This document shows, one piece after another, positions 33,271 to 41,537 of a DNA stretch of 64,000 nucleotides. This DNA comes from Candidatus Omnitrophota bacterium (GTDB lineage: Bacteria > Omnitrophota > Gorgyraeia > Gygaellales > Profunditerraquicolaceae), in contig JAZDOJ010000007.1 in NCBI GenBank assembly GCA_043798795.1, forward strand, positions 28,259-92,258, given 5' to 3'. A program made the position numbers and the translations under genes. A model generated the notes under the pieces. It worked only from the letters and a program-made list of their open reading frames with translations. It did not search any database and was not told where the DNA came from. Position 1 is the first letter of the stretch; each line of letters starts with the position of its first letter.

Positions 33271-33890
33271 AGAAAATATTTAAGGATTTAGGGTTAGATT
33301 TTATGTTCATGCGCCGCAAACCCATCGTTGAGTATGGTTTTCTGGAAAGCGGTTACGGTTTCTTCCTTTTTTATAATCACACCCAACTGGATTTAAGGAT
33401 GCTGATCCAGAAGTTTCCGGAGATCATCGAAGGCAGGCATCTGCTCGTCACCTCCATATCCTCGGGAAAGATCGAAAAGGAAACGTTTGATAACTACGTT
33501 GCCAAAGGAGTTTCTTGCGAATACGCGCAGGGCAATCTTATCGTCGCCCCGGAACATACAAAGGATTTCATCCATTTCCTGTTTTCTCGAGGGCCGGGTG
33601 GCAGCACCATCTATTTTCTTCATCACAGGCCTCATGCCGCGGATATGGAAAACAAAACAATTTACGGGATCCCGGCTTTGCCTGTCAGCATTAAAATATT
33701 CAAGGCGCAAAGAATCGACAAGCCCTTGCTGGATATATTGCTGAGAGAAATGGACAGCATGGGCGTCTCTTTTTATTATGATAATAATTGGATGGAGGCT
33801 ATCTGTGCCATGAGGCGGAGCCACCTGTTTGAAGAAATAAAAGTCTATTTTCATTACAACTGTCACCTTAGAGAGATTCATTTCACTTAA
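33267..33890 (+). CDS. Uncharacterised 207-aa cytoplasmic protein translationally coupled between folD and metF
   Basis: No recognisable motif; start overlaps the folD stop (ATGA) and its stop overlaps the metF start (TAATG), so it is part of the C1 operon. Confidence 0.6.
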   Translation: MKKIFKDLGLDFMFMRRKPIVEYGFLESGYGFFLFYNHTQLDLRMLIQKFPEIIEGRHLLVTSISSGKIEKETFDNYVAKGVSCEYAQGNLIVAPEHTKDFIHFLFSRGPGGSTIYFLHHRPHAADMENKTIYGIPALPVSIKIFKAQRIDKPLLDILLREMDSMGVSFYYDNNWMEAICAMRRSHLFEEIKVYFHYNCHLREIHFT

Positions 33891-34759
33891 TGACGTTCAG
33901 GGAAAAAATCCTAGCGGGTCAATTTTTACTTACTTCCGAAATCGGGCCACCGAAGGGGATTGATACAGGCCGGATTCTGGAAGACGCTGAACTCATCCGT
34001 TCAAGGGTCGATGCGATCAATGTCACGGACCTTCAGAGTTCTGTGATGCGGCTGGGGTCCCTTGCGGTTTGCAGTCTTTTAAAGCAAAAAGGCTTTGAGC
34101 CGATATTTCAGGTGACCTGCCGCGACAGGAACCGTTTAGCCCTCCAGTCCGATATTCTTTCCGCAGCGAGTCTAGGGATAGAGAACCTTCTGATTTTAAC
34201 CGGAGACCACCCGGCCTTAGGGGACCATCCGGAGGCAAAACCCGTATTTGATCTGGATTCCGTTCAACTTTTGCAGGTGGTGCAGAGGTTGCAGGAGGGT
34301 TTTGATATGAAAGGAAACCCGTTAGAGGGTCCATCCCCGAAATTCTTGGCAGGGGCCGTGGTCAATCCCGGAGCAGATCCTTTAGAGCCTCAGATTATCA
34401 AGATGGAGCAAAAAATTCAGGCCGGTGCCCAGTTTTTCCAAACCCAGGCCATTTATGACGTGAAGATTTTTGAGAATTTCTTAAGCAAGGTCAAGCATTT
34501 AAAGGTCCCGATATTAGGGGGGATCGTTTTATTGAAATCTGCGGGGATGGCTAGATACATGAACAAGAATGTGGCAGGGGTGTCTGTCCCTGAGCATTTG
34601 ATCAAGGAAATGGAAGAGACGAAAGATAAGTCAGGACAGTCTGTCGCGATTGCGGCCCGCCTCATCAAAGAACTTAAACCCATGTGTCAGGGGGTTCACA
34701 TCATGCCCATTGGCTGGGATAAGAAAGTTCCGCTCGTGCTGGATGCCGCAGGATTATAA
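33890..34759 (+). CDS. metF: 5,10-methylenetetrahydrofolate reductase (acetogen-type MetF)
   Basis: MTFREKILAGQFLLTSEIGPPKG N-terminus typical of MTHFR; 289 aa. Confidence 0.9.
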   Translation: MTFREKILAGQFLLTSEIGPPKGIDTGRILEDAELIRSRVDAINVTDLQSSVMRLGSLAVCSLLKQKGFEPIFQVTCRDRNRLALQSDILSAASLGIENLLILTGDHPALGDHPEAKPVFDLDSVQLLQVVQRLQEGFDMKGNPLEGPSPKFLAGAVVNPGADPLEPQIIKMEQKIQAGAQFFQTQAIYDVKIFENFLSKVKHLKVPILGGIVLLKSAGMARYMNKNVAGVSVPEHLIKEMEETKDKSGQSVAIAARLIKELKPMCQGVHIMPIGWDKKVPLVLDAAGL

Positions 34760-34775
34760 ATAGAAGGGGAGCCTT

Positions 34776-36683
34776 ATGTCAAATATCGAGCAGAAATCAA
34801 TAGATTTAGCGACTCTGGAAGTTTTAAAAAAAGCCCAGGAGGAAAGCATCAAGACGACGTGGGATCGTCTGGAAGCGCAGCAGCCGCAGTGCGGATTCGG
34901 ACAGCTGGGCGTTTGCTGCACGGTCTGTAGCATGGGGCCTTGCCGCATTGACCCTTTTGGCGAGGGGGCTCAGGTCGGCGTGTGCGGGGCCAATGCCGAT
35001 ACCATTGCCGCAAGAAACCTGGCGCGTAAGATCGCTGTCGGTGCTTCAGCGCATTCAGACCACGGCCGGGATGTGGCGCATACCCTTTCTTTGTTATCTG
35101 AGGGGCACGCGCATGATTACGATATAACCGATATCACAAAATTCAAGAGTTTGGCCGAGGAGTTCCAAATTGACGTCAATAAACCTAAAGAGGAAATTCT
35201 CAAAGAGCTTTCCCAAAAATTGCTGCAGGAATTCGGAAAGCAGGAAGGAGAGTTGACCTTTATAAAACGGGCTCCCAAGAAGCGCCAGCAGATCTGGAAG
35301 AAATTGGGCATCACGCCTCGTGGCATTGACAGAGAAATCGTCGAGTTATTGCATACGACACATATGGGCGTGGATAACGATTATAAGAATCTTATGCTCA
35401 CAGGGATGCGTTGCGCTTTATCCGACGGTTGGGGAGGTTCCATGGTTGCCACGGACGTTCAGGATGTCATCTTAGGCAGTCCGCAACCCATAAGAGGCAA
35501 GGTCAATCTGGGCGTATTAAAAGAAGACTATGTCAATATCGTGGTGCATGGTCACGAACCGATTTTATCTGAGATGGCTGTTAAAGTCAGCCAGGATCCG
35601 GAATTGTTAAAGTTAGCCAAAGGCCTGGGTGCCGAAGGGATCAATTTGGCAGGTATCTGTTGCACGGCGAATGAGGTGCTGATGCGTCATGGCATTTCTG
35701 TGGTCGGTAACTTCTTGCAGCAGGAATTAGCGATTATTACGGGTGCGGTTGAACTGATGATGGTGGATGTGCAGTGTATCATGCCGGCCTTGCAGGAAAC
35801 GTCAGCCTGTTTTCACACGAAACTGGTCACCACGAGTCCCAAGGCGCGTTTTCCCGGAGTCACCCACATCGAATTTGAATCAAAAAGCGCTTATGAGGTG
35901 GCCAAACAGATTATCAAGATGGGTGTCGAGAATTTTGCCAACCGCAATAAAGCAAGAGTGAATATCCCAAAACAGGAGATGGATCTGGTGGCGGGTTTCA
36001 CCAAGGAGATCATCTTCCAGATTTTAGGGGGAAGGTACAGGGCAACCTACAAGCCGTTAAATGAAGCGATTATTTCCGGCAGGCTGCGCGGTTTAGCAGG
36101 GGTGGTGGGGTGCAATAATCCCAAACAGACGCACGATTATTTTCATACGGAGCTGGTAAAAGAACTGATTAAGAATGATGTCCTGGTTTTACAGACAGGC
36201 TGTGCTGCGATTGCCTGCGCAAAACAAGGTTTACTCATCCCGGAAGCAGCCAAAGAATACGCCGGGAAAGGCTTACAGGAAATATGCGAAGCCGTAGGAA
36301 TCCCGCCTGTGCTGCACCTTGGCTCTTGCGTGGATAATTCCCGGATTTTAACCGCAGCCTCATACATTATTCAGGAAGGCGGCCTGGGAGAAGATTTATC
36401 AGATATCCCTGCAGCAGGATGCGCTCCGGAATGGATGTCCGAGAAGGCCATCACCATCGGTTTCTATTTCATGGCCTCAGGAGTTTACACGATCTTTGGA
36501 GCCAGTCCCTTTGCTACTCTGGGCAGCAAAAATTTAACGGATTATCTGACCAAAGAGATAGAAGGGGTGGTGGGCGCAAGATTCGAATTCTGCGATGACC
36601 CTCTGGAGATGGCCAAGCTTATGATCGCGCATATTGACAAAAAACGCCAAGCGTTGAAATTGAAACCTGTGATGTACGCGTAA
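34776..36683 (+). CDS. cooS: Anaerobic Ni-dependent carbon monoxide dehydrogenase catalytic subunit (CooS/AcsA)
   Basis: CGFGQLGVCCTVCSMGPCRI B/D-cluster cysteine motif; 635 aa; C-cluster ligand regions present. Confidence 0.95.
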   Translation: MSNIEQKSIDLATLEVLKKAQEESIKTTWDRLEAQQPQCGFGQLGVCCTVCSMGPCRIDPFGEGAQVGVCGANADTIAARNLARKIAVGASAHSDHGRDVAHTLSLLSEGHAHDYDITDITKFKSLAEEFQIDVNKPKEEILKELSQKLLQEFGKQEGELTFIKRAPKKRQQIWKKLGITPRGIDREIVELLHTTHMGVDNDYKNLMLTGMRCALSDGWGGSMVATDVQDVILGSPQPIRGKVNLGVLKEDYVNIVVHGHEPILSEMAVKVSQDPELLKLAKGLGAEGINLAGICCTANEVLMRHGISVVGNFLQQELAIITGAVELMMVDVQCIMPALQETSACFHTKLVTTSPKARFPGVTHIEFESKSAYEVAKQIIKMGVENFANRNKARVNIPKQEMDLVAGFTKEIIFQILGGRYRATYKPLNEAIISGRLRGLAGVVGCNNPKQTHDYFHTELVKELIKNDVLVLQTGCAAIACAKQGLLIPEAAKEYAGKGLQEICEAVGIPPVLHLGSCVDNSRILTAASYIIQEGGLGEDLSDIPAAGCAPEWMSEKAITIGFYFMASGVYTIFGASPFATLGSKNLTDYLTKEIEGVVGARFEFCDDPLEMAKLMIAHIDKKRQALKLKPVMYA

Positions 36684-36690
36684 GGGGCCC

Positions 36691-37146
36691 ATGAAAAATC
36701 TCTATTACGATGTCAAGAAATGCTTAGGATGCAAATCCTGCGAGATAGCCTGTAGCCTCGCTCATTCCGTGATACAGGACCTGTTCAAGGCCGTCAAGGA
36801 AAGCAAATTGACTTTACCCAGAAAGAAAGTCGCAACGTCCAAGGGTAAGAATTATCCTGTGAGCTGCCGTCATTGCCAGGAGCCTAAGTGCGTGGATGCC
36901 TGTATGGCCTGCGCTTTAAGTTTTGATCAGGAGAAGGGCCTTGTCTTACACGACGAGGAGCGTTGCGTGGGTTGCTGGATGTGCGTGATGGTCTGTCCCT
37001 ATGGCGCCATTCGGCCGAGCCTTAAGGATAAAATTCCTATACGCTGCGATAAATGCAAGGATAAGGACGAACCGGCTTGCGTCAAGGCCTGCCCGACGGG
37101 CGCCATCATCTGGCAGGAGGCCCAAGTTTTCAAAGGAGTCAAATGA
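36691..37146 (+). CDS. cooF: CooF-like 4Fe-4S ferredoxin
   Basis: Multiple CxxCxxCxxxCP ferredoxin motifs in 151 aa. Confidence 0.85.
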   Translation: MKNLYYDVKKCLGCKSCEIACSLAHSVIQDLFKAVKESKLTLPRKKVATSKGKNYPVSCRHCQEPKCVDACMACALSFDQEKGLVLHDEERCVGCWMCVMVCPYGAIRPSLKDKIPIRCDKCKDKDEPACVKACPTGAIIWQEAQVFKGVK

Positions 37147-38408
37147 AGCATTTTATTATTATCGGTAATTCTGCGGCGGGGATCGCGGCGGCGGAGCAGA
37201 TCCGCAAAATCGACGCGCAATCTCAGCTGACCATGATCTCCGATGAGGAATATCCTTCTTACTGCCGCTGTCTGATTTCGTATTATTTGGCCGCAGAGGT
37301 TAAAGAAGAGAAGATGTTCTATCGGGGGAAGAGTTTTTATAAGGAAAACAATATCGAACTCCTCCTGGGGAAGAAAGTGGCGAGGGTGGATGCGAAGAAG
37401 AATCGCGTTATCCTCGAAGATAAGACGGCCTTGGGCTTTGACGCCCTTCTCATCGCAACAGGCTCAAGCCCTAAATTTCCGCAGACCGCCGGGATCAAAA
37501 AGACAGGCGTATTCGGTTTCCGGACCCTTAAGAACGCCAAAGATATTGAAGGCCTGCTTCCGGTCACTAAGTCCGCCTGCGTGTTGGGGGGAGGCCTTGT
37601 GGGGCTTAAAGCCGCGTATGCGCTCAAAAAAAGAAACGTGGATGTGAAGGTCATCGTGAAGTCCAAGCAGGTCTTATCGCAGATGCTTGATTTTGAAGCA
37701 GCTTCTTTCGTCCTGAAGAGATTAGAAGAGAACGGGATTGAGGTTCTTTTGGGACAGGACGCCGAGGAGATTATCGGTAACGGAGACATCAAAGCCGTCA
37801 AGCTCGATTCAGGAAAAGCCCTGGGTTGTTCTCTGATAGTCGTCGGCAAGGGGGTGGCCCCGAATATCGACTTAGTCAAGGAGAGCGATATAAAATTTAA
37901 CGAAGGGATCCTCTCGGATGAGTTTTTGAGGAGCAATATCCCCTCTGTTTATGCGGCAGGAGACGTTTGCGAAAGCTTTGACCTGACGCTGGGCGAGCAC
38001 ACCGTTAATGCCCTCTGGCCGATAGCCGTTGAACAGGGCAGGATCGCCGGGCAGAATATGGCTGGAGAGAAAATAAAATATGACGGGTCCCTGGGTATCA
38101 ATTCTATCGAATTCTTTGGTTTGCCGGTTATCTCTTTAGGCATATACAAAAAGAAGGAAGGAGAGGCTGGCTTCGAGGAGATGAAGACAGCAGATGAAAA
38201 GAACAATCTTTATAAAAGAGTGCTCTTAAAAAATAACATCATCGTGGGCACCCTCCTGGTGGGTGATATAAAAAATAGCGGTATTTTCTTAAGACTGATG
38301 AGAGAACGTCTCGATGTCAGGCCCGTTAAAGAGAGATTGCTCAGTGAAGGCTTTGGATATCCGGATATCATTGACTTAGTGAAAGAGAAGGAGAAGATTT
38401 ATGTCTAA
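37143..38408 (+). CDS. FAD-dependent pyridine nucleotide-disulfide oxidoreductase (CODH-associated NAD(P)H oxidoreductase-like)
   Basis: IIIGNSAAGIAAAEQI FAD-binding motif and a second GGGLVGLKAA NAD-binding motif; ATGA overlap with cooF; this protein family is commonly encoded next to cooS-cooF. Confidence 0.8.
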   Translation: MKHFIIIGNSAAGIAAAEQIRKIDAQSQLTMISDEEYPSYCRCLISYYLAAEVKEEKMFYRGKSFYKENNIELLLGKKVARVDAKKNRVILEDKTALGFDALLIATGSSPKFPQTAGIKKTGVFGFRTLKNAKDIEGLLPVTKSACVLGGGLVGLKAAYALKKRNVDVKVIVKSKQVLSQMLDFEAASFVLKRLEENGIEVLLGQDAEEIIGNGDIKAVKLDSGKALGCSLIVVGKGVAPNIDLVKESDIKFNEGILSDEFLRSNIPSVYAAGDVCESFDLTLGEHTVNALWPIAVEQGRIAGQNMAGEKIKYDGSLGINSIEFFGLPVISLGIYKKKEGEAGFEEMKTADEKNNLYKRVLLKNNIIVGTLLVGDIKNSGIFLRLMRERLDVRPVKERLLSEGFGYPDIIDLVKEKEKIYV

Positions 38409-40581
38409 GGAAGTTGCTGCTTCGGTTATCAGAGGTGCTAAAGATATTTTTCAGCAGGCTTCCCAATTTTTGGATAAGGCCATTAAAGAGAAGGGGGCTG
38501 AGTGCAAGATCGGGTTTCCGGAAACAGCCTTTTATCTGCCGATGGCCAATGCCTTATTAGGCGCTAAGGTTGAAACCATTAAAGACGTTTCTCCTATATT
38601 AGAACATGCCCGCACGCTGCTCCCTGCGGTGCCTACGGATAAGGTCTGGCTTCCTTATTTAGGGGACGCTTTGAATGCCGGAATGTCCACGTTATTCTGC
38701 GAAGAAATCATTCTGGCCCTGCGTTACCTTTACGGACAAGAGCCCCAGAAAGACTGTAACGGTTTCTTTACCGATACGATCATGCGTTCTCTGGGTATCC
38801 AGTTAGTCGATGGACGCATGCCTGGATTTGCCGCCATCCTCGGGGCAGCCCCTGATAACAAAATCGCGGTTGAAATCGTGCGGCAGCTGCAGGAAAGAAA
38901 TATCCTTATTTTTGTCGGCTCCTCGGTTAAAGGCAGGTCCATCATCGATCAACTGATCGAAGAGAATGTGCAGATGGGCTGGGACAACTATATTGTCCCT
39001 TACGGCCGAGATACGATATCGGCGAATTTCCCTTTGAACTGGGCGATCCGTTCAGCCCTGACCTTCGGCGGGCTCAAGCCTGGTCAGGCCGAGAAGTGCC
39101 TCATGTACACCAAGGAAAGGGTTTTTGCCTTTGGTCTGGTTTTAGGGGAACTCGATGACGCTAAGTATGCGACCGGTGCCGGCGCTATCAATATGGGATT
39201 TCCTATCATTGCGGACACCGATATCCCGGAAATAAAGCCTTCCGGCATCACCACCTATGAGGCCCTGGTCAAAGAATTAGACTATAAGAAAATCGTCGCG
39301 CGCTGTATCGAGGTCAGGGGTGTCAAGGTCAGGATCGCCCATATCCCCATCCCTGTTTCTTATGCGGCCGCTTTTGAGGGGGAACGGGTGAGGAAGGAAA
39401 ATTTGTATGTGGAGTTCGGAAGCAAGGCAAGCCTTTCCTTCGAATATTTGACGACAAAAAAGACGGAAGAGGTGGAGGACGCAAAAGTCGAGCTCATCGG
39501 CCCTGACATCGACGCGCTTGAGCCGGGCAAGAAATCTTTGCCCCTGGCTATCATCGTCGAGGTTGCCGGACGGAAGATGCAGAAGGATTTTGAGCCGATC
39601 CTGGAACGCCAGATCCACCGTTTTGTTAATTATGCCATGGGCCTGATGCACGTGGGTCAGCGCGATATGAACTGGATCAGGATCAGCCAGGATGCCTTTC
39701 AGAAAGGGTTTCGGTTGAAGCATCTGGGCGTGATTCTTCACGCCATGCTTCATCAGGAATATAGCGCTATCGTCGATAAAATACAGGTGAAGATCTATAC
39801 CCTGCTTCAAGACGTGGAAAAACTTATTGAGCAGGCCAAGAAAACTTACGACGAGCGCGACGAAAGGATCAGCGGCATGACGGATGAGAGCGTGGATACG
39901 TTTTATTCATGTTTATTATGTCAATCCTTTGCGCCGAATCATGTTTGCATAGTTACGCCCGAACGCTTAGGGTTATGCGGGGCTTATTCCTGGTTGGATG
40001 CCAAGGCCTCTTTCGAGATCACACCGACTGGACCCAACCAACCCGTCCTCAAAGGCGCCGTGACGGACGAAAGATTGGGCCAATGGAAGAACGTGAACGA
40101 CTTTTTGTTACAGAAATCCAACAAGAGTATTGAAAAGGTGAGTATGTATTCTCTGATGGATTCTCCTCAGTCTTCCTGCGGTTGTTTTGAATGCATTGTT
40201 GCCATCATCCCGGAAGCCAACGGTGTGATGGTGGTCCATCGGGACCATTCGGGGATGACTCCCTCGGGGATGACTTTTACGACCCTCGCGGGTTCCGTGG
40301 GAGGGGGTGTTCAGACACCCGGATTCTTAGGCGTGGGGAAATTGTACATACTCAGCAAAAAGTTTATCTCTGCGGAAGGGGGCCTCAAGCGCCTTGTCTG
40401 GATGCCTAAGGAACTAAAGGAACTCCTAGGAGAAAAACTTAAAGCGCGCTGCCAAGAGATAGGAATTCCTGATTTTGTGGAGAAAATTGCTGATGAAACC
40501 CAGGCGACCAGCTCTCAGGAGTTAGTCCAGTTCTTAACCCAGGTCAAACATCCTGCTCTGGATTTGGAACCCATGATATGA
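38401..40581 (+). CDS. acsB: Acetyl-CoA synthase catalytic subunit (bacterial AcsB, CODH/ACS alpha)
   Basis: 726 aa; A-cluster ligands CLLCQSFAPNHVCIVTPERLGLC (Cx2Cx8Cx9C) and Ni-site SCGCFEC; start overlaps the upstream gene by 8 nt. Confidence 0.9.
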   Translation: MSKEVAASVIRGAKDIFQQASQFLDKAIKEKGAECKIGFPETAFYLPMANALLGAKVETIKDVSPILEHARTLLPAVPTDKVWLPYLGDALNAGMSTLFCEEIILALRYLYGQEPQKDCNGFFTDTIMRSLGIQLVDGRMPGFAAILGAAPDNKIAVEIVRQLQERNILIFVGSSVKGRSIIDQLIEENVQMGWDNYIVPYGRDTISANFPLNWAIRSALTFGGLKPGQAEKCLMYTKERVFAFGLVLGELDDAKYATGAGAINMGFPIIADTDIPEIKPSGITTYEALVKELDYKKIVARCIEVRGVKVRIAHIPIPVSYAAAFEGERVRKENLYVEFGSKASLSFEYLTTKKTEEVEDAKVELIGPDIDALEPGKKSLPLAIIVEVAGRKMQKDFEPILERQIHRFVNYAMGLMHVGQRDMNWIRISQDAFQKGFRLKHLGVILHAMLHQEYSAIVDKIQVKIYTLLQDVEKLIEQAKKTYDERDERISGMTDESVDTFYSCLLCQSFAPNHVCIVTPERLGLCGAYSWLDAKASFEITPTGPNQPVLKGAVTDERLGQWKNVNDFLLQKSNKSIEKVSMYSLMDSPQSSCGCFECIVAIIPEANGVMVVHRDHSGMTPSGMTFTTLAGSVGGGVQTPGFLGVGKLYILSKKFISAEGGLKRLVWMPKELKELLGEKLKARCQEIGIPDFVEKIADETQATSSQELVQFLTQVKHPALDLEPMI

Positions 40582-40589
40582 TTATTTAC

Positions 40590-40617
40590 TTGACGGGCTA
40601 AGTTAAAAGTGTATAAT
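40590..40617 (+). promoter_or_regulatory. Sigma70-like promoter TTGACG - 16 bp - TATAAT immediately after acsB
   Basis: Perfect -10 hexamer and 5/6 -35 read directly; implies the downstream TPR gene starts at the ATG at 40633, not the track's GTG at 40609. Confidence 0.55.
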
Positions 40618-40632
40618 AACTTCAAGAAGCCC

Positions 40633-41487
40633 ATGCTTATTAATTCCTGCCGAAATTTCATCATACCTATCACCCTAATGGGTTGTGTTGTTTTTAGTTC
40701 CATCGATTTCCTTTTCGCCCAGGGCATAGAGAACTTGCCGTTTGACAATAAAGGTTACGTTCAAACAGGCAAGGCGCCTGAGAAAAAAAAGGGGACCGTC
40801 CTTTTAAAAGAAGGCGATATTCTCGGCTCGCAAGATGAAAAGAAGTTGACGGCCTTGCAGAAACACGCCAGGATCTATCGCGATCAGGGCTGCGCCCTTC
40901 AGAGCATAGGCAACTTGGATGAGGCCATGGTCTTATATCAAAAAGCCGCGGAATTCGACCCGTCTTATGCCATTGTCCACAATGACTTGGGGATTGTCTA
41001 TGAGACCAAAGGGATGCTGGAGCGCGCTGAAAAGAGTTACTTGAGAGCCACCCAAACAGACCCCCGTTTTTTAAGTCCTTATTCAAACCTCGCTCTTCTT
41101 TATGAAAATAAGCGCGACCTGGATAAAGCAAAGATTTATTGGGAGAAAAGGGCGCAGATGGGTTTGGGGGATGATCCCTGGACGCAAAGGGCACGAAAGC
41201 GCCTGGAAGATATTCGCCTGGTACTCTCGGACCGCCCCCTGGAAGATATCAGGGAGAGAGAGGTGGCGGGTTTCATAAAAGATGTCGAGAATCAAAAACG
41301 CCATTTTAAAAAAGATGATAAAAAGGAAAAGGTAAACAGACTTTTTGAAAAAGCAAAAATGAGTTACAAGGCAGGTGAATACGCCACGGCCATTAAAGAA
41401 GCTTTAGACGCCCAGCTGCTGGACCCCTCGAATAAACAAATCGAGACGTTCATCGAAGAAGCCCAATTGAGAGCGCTGTTAAAATAG
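40633..41487 (+). CDS. Secreted or membrane TPR-repeat protein
   Basis: Hydrophobic N-terminus followed by several TPR units (AxxYxxALxxDPxxxxA patterns). Confidence 0.7.
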   Translation: MLINSCRNFIIPITLMGCVVFSSIDFLFAQGIENLPFDNKGYVQTGKAPEKKKGTVLLKEGDILGSQDEKKLTALQKHARIYRDQGCALQSIGNLDEAMVLYQKAAEFDPSYAIVHNDLGIVYETKGMLERAEKSYLRATQTDPRFLSPYSNLALLYENKRDLDKAKIYWEKRAQMGLGDDPWTQRARKRLEDIRLVLSDRPLEDIREREVAGFIKDVENQKRHFKKDDKKEKVNRLFEKAKMSYKAGEYATAIKEALDAQLLDPSNKQIETFIEEAQLRALLK

Positions 41488-41537
41488 AGGGCCTCAAGAG
41501 TCCGATCCTACCACATTAAAATTCCTTATGTTCATTA

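Noticed and set aside
33267-33890. Calling the 207-aa ORF MetV
   Set aside because: MetV proteins are Cys-rich Fe-S/zinc-ribbon proteins; this ORF has only three scattered cysteines and no CxxC pairs
40609-40632. GTG start at 40609 for the TPR protein (as in the ORF track)
   Set aside because: That GTG lies inside the -10 hexamer of a near-consensus promoter (40590-40617); the downstream ATG at 40633 is the more plausible start
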